Shown here: positions 20,598-30,500 of the stretch, piece by piece
How positions within the stretch are numbered: position 1 is the stretch's first letter
Layout of the letters: each line of letters opens with the position of its first letter
NCBI GenBank assembly: GCA_020536535.1
Contig: JAHLWZ010000387.1
Coordinates: 1 to 40,561 of the forward strand
Source of the DNA: Pelomyxa schiedti
Lineage: Eukaryota; Protista; Evosea
DNA: 40,561 nt
Direction of reading: 5' to 3'
Notes under the pieces: generated by a model
The model's database searches: none
What the model was told of the DNA's origin: nothing
The model's input: the letters and a program-made list of their open reading frames with translations, nothing else
Made by a program: the position numbers and the translations under genes

Positions 20598-22812
20598 TTA
20601 AGTGATGCACAAAGGCGGGGTGGCGTGGACAAGTGGGAAGTCATGCCTTGATTGAAGCCACTTCACAACGCACTCGGAACCCCAGAAGGGATCCTCATAT
20701 CCTGGAACACTCATCCCGAGTGTGCAGCACACAATCCCGCCAACAACAACTGTTGTCCTCCTTCCTCCCAACTCCACTTCACCTTCTCCTCTGGATGAAC
20801 CATCAGAATCATCAGCAGAGCAATCGCTGTCGGATTGCACCACGACGTTGTACACACAGTCAATGTTTGGATCCATGTGGTACGGCTCGCCAAGAACCGT
20901 TGGGAGGCACCACTTGTTGTTGTGCAGTATTGGGTGGTCGGGTGTGATCTCAAGAAGAGAGTGATGTGTTTTTGTCTCTCCCTGTAACTTGCATGCTCTG
21001 GTCATGGTGATGATGGGTGTTGGTCCCACAACTGGGCACCTGGGTGGTGGGAGTCACACTTATGTAAGTTGGAGGTGGTACTACACACTTCCAAATGCAA
21101 CACACAGTGGCAGTGGAGGTGATTTGGATTTCACTGCTGTCAACGCAGTTACCAATTGAAGATGCAACGGAATCACCCACTTTGAGGTCTTGCATAAGGC
21201 ATTTCTTGTTGTTTGCCAGCAAAATGGTGGAGTGTGGACCGAAACACACAGTCTCATCAGAGTCAGCCTGCCAGATGTTTAGAAATTGGGAAAAAGGGTT
21301 GCCAACACACCCTCCTCCGTCTTCGGCTTGGTGGCGGAGGAACCCAAACGGTAAAGCACTTGTCTGGATCCCACAAGAAATTGGGGTTCTTCCAACCAAG
21401 TCCACGGACAACGCCAGGGAAAATCCAGGCACTTTTAAGGGCATTTGTCCACAATGGTTCAGTCTTGGCCATGTGGTACAACTGATGGCAAGTTCGTGAA
21501 ATTCGAACCAAAGAAACAAAGTCAAGGTACTCCAGGATGCCTGCAATTGAATGTTGGTTTTGGTGCTACTCGTTTATTGGAGCTTTTCACCACGTAAGAT
21601 ATCAACCGGAATCGTTGCAAGTGAAGATTCGCTTGTATCCGATGCTATCATCTTGGTTGTGTTGCTAAAAAGAATTCAGAGAACAGAAGGCGTCTTAAAT
21701 GTTACCTGATTGTACGTGCCTCATTGCCTTTTCCGGTACTTGAGGAAAAAAAGCTGAAATTGAAGAATCCAAACTTCTTTGGCTTTGTCACTGGCACTGA
21801 AGTGAGACCAGCCCGACAAACATGTTCAAAGAGGTGATCAAGCCCCAATTTCATCTTTGAACTTGAATTCATGGAGTGAGTGAAAAATTGAGTAAAATTT
21901 CACAGGATTATTGATTACCTGCACTGGAAGTAACCATAGGATTCTGTTTTGATTGCTGCAGTGATGCCTCGTTGAAATGCAGCCTAAAGGAGACCATTCA
22001 CCACGGCAACCAAAATTTGTCATGTTACCTCTTGATTACTTTCAGTGAGAAGGTCCATTTTCAATCCCACAAGGAAGGTAACAGTCTGAATGTATAAAGG
22101 AAGGATGAAACGGACGGAGTGATACGAGGACTACTTTAGGAGATACAGCTCTCAGTGATGGGAAGAATTCGGTCATTATTGTATCAAACGATGGTGTGTC
22201 AACAAGAGAGAAACAAAGAAGGACAACGTGGGAACTCTTGTAGCTGAGTGTGACATGAAAAGACTCAATGGTAGTTGGAGAAGAAAGTGTACTAGCAATC
22301 CCTCATTGCTGTAAATTGCTCTGTTCCTGGACTGAAATCGCGTTTGATGGCAACCAATGTATTATCTCTTGTTTGTGGCAGGGATGGTACCTGTCAAGTA
22401 GCTCAATTATTGCAGCGGTTCCGTCGATGTCCAGTTGTCTACGGTACTTTTGTTTTTACTGTTGTTAAAAAGAGATGATGGTGAAGAGGGGAAAGGAGAG
22501 AAGGCGTTTCCAACACAACAGAGTACGCACTGATGGCTCCAGTGATCCTTCATACTCACGGTCAGAAAAGAAACCATTGATGTACCTACGTGGCGGCCAT
22601 AAGGGAGAGAGAAGGAGCCAGACCAAAACCAAACTCCGAACCAAAAGCCCCAACTACCCAACACCATGGGATTGGGAAAAAACAAAAAAAAAGTAGCCTC
22701 CGGAAAAACAACTGGTAGCACGCCCAAAAACACACGTTTCAACGAGTGCTGTTTTACCGACGCCATGCGCCCCCAACACAGCCACACGCCCAATTCTCAT
22801 GCCAGACGACAT
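20598..22812 (-). CDS. Ras-like GTPase + F-box + Vint-type Hint domain fusion, paralog A (spliced)
   Basis: MSSGMRIGRVAVLGAHGVGKT (G1); YRRQLDIDGTAAIIELLDS-PGTEQFTAMRDCY (G3/switch II); GLKMD (G4); CSSK (G5); F-box IPVDILRGILEYLDFVSLVRISRTCHQLYHMAKTEPLW; Hint CFGPHSTILLANNKKCLMQDLKVGDSV (Cys codon 21244-21246), ITPDHPI, VYNVVV and VGGIVCCTLG...DPFWGS. Confidence 0.82.
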
Positions 22813-23050
22813 TCACCAGAACAACAAGGAAAAAAACCGGAACGGGTCTTTGGCGTTGTTGGGTTGGATGTCTGCCCAAATAAGTCAACTCTCGAGCCTG
22901 TGATTGTGGGCACCCCTAGCAGTTGCTCTGTCGTGGATTTCTCCTCAACAGATAGGTCTGGACAGAGGCACAACAGCAATCTTGCCATGAATGGCTTCAT
23001 CTTGGAAAAAGAACTACCCCAAAAAAAGAACAATGGTCTTTTGTAAAAAC

Positions 23051-26000
23051 TTAAAACAGGGAGTCGCCTGGGACAAGAGAAACCTCACTAAGTGGTTGTG
23101 GTGTTGTGTTTGTGGGTGTGAGTGTGGTTGTGGTTACATTTGCTGTTGCGGTTGCGGTTGTGGTTGAATCCAGAATGGACATGTTGTCACTGTGCTGTAT
23201 ACTGCTTCCTTCTTCAAAGTTGGGCAGGGATTGATACGCAGTGGGTGCAAGAATACTGGGACCACCCAGTGATGTAATGCATATTTTCCAGAATCTTCTT
23301 ACTAGGAATGCAGTTCTGAAGGCTGTGTTTGGTGAGGGAAGTCAAATAGTATGTTCTTGTACGTACTTCCAATGGTCTTGTTCAGTTTTCCTTGAATAAT
23401 GTCCCGGGTTTTGTCATCGAGAAAACCAGAGTGGGCAATCTCATGGACCATGCTCCGCTTTTTCATGAGAACGAAAGTAGTTGCAAGAGCTGTTTCAGCC
23501 AGGGCGAACAGTACCGGCCACTGCTTTCGTTGTTTATCGAGTGCAAAGTCAACCTGGTCGCAGAACCAGTCAACCTGGGCTTTGAAAGAAACCTTTTTTA
23601 TGTGTTAAGTGCGGTTCTCATGATAAGGGTAGGGTACGCCGGTTTCTTTCTCAATGTGTATAGCTGCCTCAATGTGTGCATCACACACACTTTTAGCACA
23701 CTGGATGCTGGCACGCATTTTCCTAAGCAGTAAATACAACCCAAGAAATCTAACAAAAGGTATTCGCAGGAACCGTTTGATTATGGGCTTGAACAAATTA
23801 GTAATTACCACCCAGGGGATTAAAAAGATACAAACCAAGTTAGAAGGTACAATGTGCGAAAAAACAGCATCTCTTGTTGCCACAAACAATCTATCTGGTG
23901 CTTCAGCAGCATGATCACTCATATTAACAAGAGTGGAAACATTATGCGGGTTAAGACGTGATTCCTCAAATTGTTCTTGATAATGAGCTCTCACAGCATT
24001 GATAAACATAGACCTGGCCTGCTTTTTATAAGAACACACTTGAGAGAAGAAATGTTGATACCACAGCAAAATTTTCTTCCACGGGCTTGTTGAAGTCAGC
24101 TTCTCCTTGTGGCTCCCATTTTTCAGAAACCTTGGGTGTGGAACATAGGGGAGCTGCAGCATTTGTGGTGCTCTCCAGTATGTTAGGGGCTGGCGCAGAA
24201 CTTCTGGAATAACTATCAATGTCCTCTATTCTCGGATCAATGAAAGGCGTTCCCGTTGCGTTGGCATTTATATTCCTCAACTGGGCTTCCCAGGTATGAC
24301 TCCATGAAAGGGTGTGCTGAAGTGTGAGGGAGATATCAGTTTCCTTCACCAATGCCGGTATAGCCACTGTGACCATGTCCCAATCAACATGTTTCCAATC
24401 TTTATTTTCACGCTGTTCAGTGAGGTACTGTGCTAAATCCCTAATCACTCACTGAGGGGATGGATACTTTCTTTTTTCAGAAGCATACAGTTCGACGTGG
24501 GCAATTGCTTGCTCATAAATTCGTGTGATATGCGTATTTGGTTTGTCAAACTTCAACATTGGGTAGAGAAACTTGGAGATTATGCCATTGATGACGGCTG
24601 TGAGCAACACAGACCCAGAAACCTGCAGCACATTAAAAATAGAAGGGAATTAGTAACCACCAACTCACCTGACGAATGAACTGAGACCGAAATGCAGGTT
24701 GCAAGTCTGTGGAACTGCTGACCATGAGGCCCAATGAGAGGGCCACACCACCTCGCAGCCCTGCACTCCACACCAGTGCAAACATTTTTAAAGAAAAGCC
24801 ATATCCAGTGAAACGTAGAATTGGGTACATCATAATAAGACCAATGAATCTGGCCACCTTGAAAGGGTCATCTCTAAAGTCAAACATGAGAAATACCTCG
24901 AGAAATGCAAACAATATAAGCACATTTAAGAAGTCAGCACCACTTGCAGTGAGTAACTCATCAATAACTATCACACCAGCAAAGAAGAACAAAATGGAGT
25001 TGATGAAAAATTCCATTTGTTCCCAGAAGAGGATATTGGGCTAATGAGATTTAGTTGATTAACTAACTCCTCTAGGATCGTACTTCACTGGTCCCAGGAC
25101 TATAACCATACTTGCCTCGAAAGGCCATGAATAGGCCAAAGGTTACAACAGCAAGTACTCCAGAAGCGTGAATGTATTCTTTTCTAAATAAGCAACAGAC
25201 AAATCGCAAATGTATCGCAGTGCAATGAATACCTGATACAAACATAGTCGTGAATACAGAGAAAACAGTAATTCCTATTTCTAGAACAGGTTGCCGTCTG
25301 ACAAGCCTCAGCCATAAATAAGTAACTAAAGCAAAGGCGAGGCCAAACAAAGGTCCACCAATGGTTAACTGGAACAGTAAGAAAATTCTCAGTACTGCTA
25401 GTCACACACAGTACAAAATTCTTTGATCGTATTTGAGAAGGAAAAAGTATTTGTAGCCAGTATATCGTACACAACAATGAAAAGCACATAAGCAGAGCCA
25501 TCATTCAAAAGTGCCTCACCTTCAATCAGCACACTTATCTTGGGCGCACACCCAAGCTTTTTTATTGTTGCTATAGTTGCAACAGGGTCAGTGGCAGAAA
25601 GAGCTCCTCCCTCATTTCAAAAAGTCAATGTACGGTTTAAGGTCAGGAGATCCTACCAACAACAGTGCCTCAGTCCAACTCCAGTTGTAATCAACAAAAC
25701 AAAACTTTACTCCAAGAGTTGTAATACCAGCATTTATCAGGACACCTTTTCAAGAATTCGTCCAAGTGATCAGGGAAAAGTTAAACAATTAAAGCCAACC
25801 TGGCCCAGCTAATATGATAGACTGGAAGGCAACTCTCTTGAAGACATGCCAGTTTAATACCAAACCTGATTGAAACAATATCGGTGGTAAAAACACCAGG
25901 AGTATAATCTCGGGATCTAACCCACGAACGACATCCCATAATGAAGGAATGGCACCCAATCCCAGCCCTGTGTAGCAGAAACAAATAATTCAGCTGAATC

Positions 26001-26297
26001 CAACAAAGAGAGTGAGCGCAAGGGGAAAATACCAAAAGCAAATATAACAATGGAAGGTAGTTGCAGCTGATCAGGTAAATACGCAGACCCAAAAGTGACC
26101 AGGCACCCAACCAACAATCCAATCGCAACCGACTGCACAGTCACTCTCACATAGTCGTCCTCTGATTATTATCATTAGAAAACGCAGCGGGCCACATCTT
26201 CCAAAAAAGAGATCTCTTTCGTATGTGCGGTACCTACTTGCGGCAGCGAAGATGAAACAATCGAACTCAACAACGACGACGATAACGACGAAGACAT
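23051..26297 (-). CDS. CPA1-family Na+/H+ antiporter (NhaP/SOS1-like), multi-exon
   Basis: SATDPVATIATIKKLG...IEGEALLNDGSA, HASGVLAVVTFGL and WSAGLRGGVALSL motifs, followed by a long soluble C-terminal tail. The termini are tentative. Confidence 0.88.
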
Positions 26298-26451
26298 CCG
26301 CGTGAATCTATCTCTCCTCTCACTGTTTAAACAACACCGCGTTTGGCTTGTTTAATTTTGTTTGTTTTTGGACCGTTGTTTGTTGATTTCTGCCATCTTA
26401 CAACCATGATTATTTTTTCATGACACCGTAGATTGATAATGTATTCCATAT

Positions 26452-27261
26452 TTAGAGAGAAGAACCGAGAACGGAACCACCAAAAGTCACGTCGTGAGGC
26501 TGCGTTTTTTTTTGTTTTGTAATTGTTGAGTGGATTGGTGAGGGTTTGGTTTGTTGGTTTGGGGCAGGTACTTACTTCTTTGAATGGTAGATAGGCTATC
26601 CAATCAGATGCTGTGGTTGGAAAAAGCCCAAGTGTGTTGATCTTCCAGATACATAGTAACAGTGTTGCAAAATGTACCGTGATGAACATAAGTTTGGGTA
26701 AGACAATCTTTGTGTTTGGTCCACTGTATGGCTTAAAAACTAGGACATTTAATGGAATGAAGCAAGAAATGCAAAATACCTGTGTTGAGGCTAAAAATTC
26801 CTTTCAATGCACTCGACAGAGGGACGTACATCATCATAACCGACATTACATTGAGCGTGGATCCAACCATCCACAACATGAGCAAATTCGGCAAAATTCC
26901 TTGCAAAGGGGATTTCCCCAACTCCCATGCTTTCTTTTTTGTTTTTGTTAGTTAGTCAGAATACTGGACGGTGTTTTGAATTGTTGCTCTCAGCATTCAA
27001 AAATATGTCTATTTTTATATAATTCAGCGCGAATTACTTTAGTTTTGAGTTCAGCAACTTGCATTCTATGTTGATTGGAAGTATGTGCACTTTCGTCCTG
27101 CCAACAATACAATGTAAGTGCAGCCCAGATGGTCGTGGGGGGGAAAAAAAGGGGGAAGCTTGAGACGCTACCAGATTTGGTCTGCCGGGAACCATCCCAA
27201 CCGGGTCGTCATAGTCTCGGTCGTTTCCTGCTTCCAGCACAACCTGCCATCGTCGTGACAT
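26452..27261 (-). CDS. EMC4: ER membrane protein complex subunit 4 (spliced)
   Basis: MSRRWQV...DDPVG, SPLQGILPNLLMLWMVGSTLNVMSVM and WKINTLGLFPTTASDWIAY match EMC4/TMEM85 signatures. Confidence 0.88.
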
Positions 27262-27509
27262 GATCACAAAAGCCGGAAAAAAGTGATTGATTGCCCTCAA
27301 TTGACAACAGATCTGGGAGCTCCAGCCTGGCAAAGTGCTGATCCGATGATATCACTAAACAGCTCTTAATCATTCCAGAGCTCCGAAACAAGGAGGGAAT
27401 TGGAAGGACCGAATCAACCTCCCCACAACTCATCACAAAACAAAAACACACAAAAAGTTGAGGGCCTTCCTCGAAGCAACGACATCAGTAAAAGAAAAAA
27501 AACGAAAAA

Positions 27510-30500
27510 ATGAGCCAAGGTGCTGCGCCCTCACTATCGATCAAAGTTAGATCTTCCGTTTCTTTGCCTCATTCTTACCTTACTTTTCTCCCTGCCATTC
27601 AGAGTTCATTGGAGCATTCGATCGAAGCGGAGCAGCGCGCGGCCGTGGCCAGATCTCGAATCACCGAAGCCGCGATAATCAACTTGCTTCGGCGCCACGA
27701 TGCCGATTCTCTTAAACGCCGTTTCAAACCGCCAACAGTGCCCCCTCAAACGACGCCTGCAGTTGCTGTTAATTGTGGTGCCGCTTGCGAGACCAGGGAT
27801 TCTGCAGCGCCGGCGAGCGCATTGACGAATACAGCAGCGACGAATGGTCATTCAGCGGCCTCTGATTCTGTGGGAACCACGACCACTCTGACTAGGGAGC
27901 ATGAGGAACACGACGCGTTGATGGATTCCTCAGGGATTGTCTTTTCTAGTGGTGACAACGATTGTGGTGGAGCCCCGCCTAATGACCCTCTGGAAGATGA
28001 AAAAGATGCTATTAGTTCAGAGGGACCCCGGTGTGTTACTGGCCATGTAGCTATATGCTCTTCTGGGGGTGGCGTTCGTTCTCTCACCGCTACGGTTGGA
28101 TTTATGGACGGACTGTGCGAAACCGGGATCCTGGATTGTGTTGAGTATTGTGCTGGGCTGTCTGGTAGTACTTGGTGTTTCTCTCAGTGGCTTACTGACC
28201 CACTTTGTGGAAACCCGTTCCATGGGGATACTGACCCTTGGGCTTGTACTACAGAACCTCTTTCTGGTGCTTCCCCACTTTCTTTACCAGAACCACCAAT
28301 GGATGCAACAAATCCCACCAATTTACCAGCAGTACCATATGTTTCTCCACCCAGTCAACATCGAATCAATGACAAAGGAACCATCCCTCATGCCCTAACT
28401 CTCTCCACGCATTTGGGACTTAAGCAACAGCTGGAACAAACCTCTCCGGAGCGTCCCTTTTCTCTCTTCTTGGTTGGGCTGGGACTTGACTGGAAACAGG
28501 TTACACAAGCTCTATGGCAAGGTTTAAAGTCGCGTGACTCGGCAGCAGTAAATGCCTGGGCGTCAATTCTAGCCTCTCAGCTAATGCAAAAGAGATGCGA
28601 AATCGCTGGCATTCCCAGCCCTCGGGATATACTTTTTAGTAGCTGTGCAGAGAAATGCAACACAGGAAAGTTTCCTATTCCCATTTGCACTACGATATGC
28701 AGCCGGAACGGCGACGGAAATCGAGAATGGGTTGATATCTCTCCTTTCATTGTGCGCAAGTCACGTGTACCCGTGTGCTCCACCAAGAACCTTGCTCTCG
28801 ATCCAATACCAATACTTATGGCTGTCTGTGGCTCAGCGTTTGCAATAGATCTTAAGACAAAGATACCCCCATTAGGGTACGCTACCCTGGAAAGCATGGA
28901 AGAGCGGCTTCCGTATTGCATTCAGAAGTACGTTCACCCACTCTTGCAACAGCATTTTCCTGCACATGGAGTGTGGCATGAGTCACTAGTAGGAGATTTG
29001 CGTGATGCTGGCTTGGATTGCAATATACCACTTCCAGCACTACAACAGCGCACCAGTGCTGATGGAAGAGGCGTTTCACTCATTCTCGTCCTTGATTCAT
29101 CAAGAAAGACACTTGGATGTGAACAACTAGCAAAAGCAGTCGATAAGGGGTATTTCAGGATTTCTGAAGCTGATAGAGACAAATTGAGAGCTCCTTTTGG
29201 CCCAACAGAGGGGGTCAGATTCTTTCGCCCTGCAAGAATGGGAGATCCTGCAGTTTTGTATTTTCGTGGTTACACTCTACTGCGTACCATAACACTGGCT
29301 TTCACCAGTGAGCAAGTAGATGCCATGACCTCACACGTGAGACAACTTGTGGTAAACAATGCTCAAACCATAGCCTGGGCAATCAAAAAGTACTGTACCA
29401 CTCCCTGCTCAAAAGTGTTACCACTCCTTAAGAATGTTGTGGAATGCACAAATATGCGTGAAATTGTGCGTAGAAAGCTCAGCCTTTTTTACAAAGAAAA
29501 ATTTACCACTATGTCCTTCTTTGACAACAATATTGATCCCAGAAACTTTGCATCAGTTTTTTGCAAAATGCTGCTCACTCCTGAAAGCAAAAATGATACT
29601 GGAATGCCGGAAAAGGAAACTAGTCACAAAGTAGATATCGAACAGCTACCAGCACTACTGCTGGCTTCTAGGAAAAAGCGCTGCATACTTGAGGCTGCAG
29701 TTGGATCAGGAAAATCCACAATATGTAAGTTCCTTTGCAGGGAACAGGGGAATGATACAAGCAGTTTTGCTGCAATAGTGCTGATAGAATTACAATCAGT
29801 GGAACCTGAAGCACTGTCGGCTGACAACTTTGATGTATTTAAATTTATCACCGAAAAGCTGGGAATCAGAGATGAGCAAGTTACTACGTTTATCCAGAAC
29901 TATTGCTCGGAAGTGTTGTGGGTTTTTGATAGTTTTGATGAAGTTGATTCCAATCCACATTTCTCCAAATTCCTCCAGCATCTTCGAGATGGAAACGTGA
30001 GGTGGGCACAATGGGCAATTATTGCGTCCAGAATGGAGCGGAGACACTCACACTTTGTTAATGCAATGTGCATCAAAGTGCAACCCTGGTCAGAGGACAA
30101 TGCTGTAGAATATATCGAGAAGTTCTTCGGAAACATGGAGAGTTCCGGGGAAGGTCCCCCAGAGCTAGGAAAGCAGAAGGCCAAGAAAATTCTGCGTAAT
30201 ATTCCTATTGGAGATAAGACACCACTCATTTGCGAACTCGTGTGCACTATAGCACACAAATTGCCAGCTGATAGTACCTCAAAACTGTCTTTATTATCTA
30301 ATATCACGGACTACCTTTGGGAACGCGCAATGATTAAGTTTGGCAATGAGTTCTCACTTGAGGCAGTGCACCAAGCCCAAGAACGTCTACTGGATTTGTC
30401 CAGTGAAGCTTACTGTGCAAGTGATGGAAGAATAGCTCTTGACGTTTCTCAATCCATTGATGGCCTGGTATTCAGGAGTGGGTTGTTGTGTCAATTCGGC

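Noticed and set aside
18558-21246. Hint domains as mobile inteins
   Set aside because: No homing endonuclease and no terminal His-Asn plus Cys/Ser/Thr; they are C-terminal, intron-containing and Vint-like.
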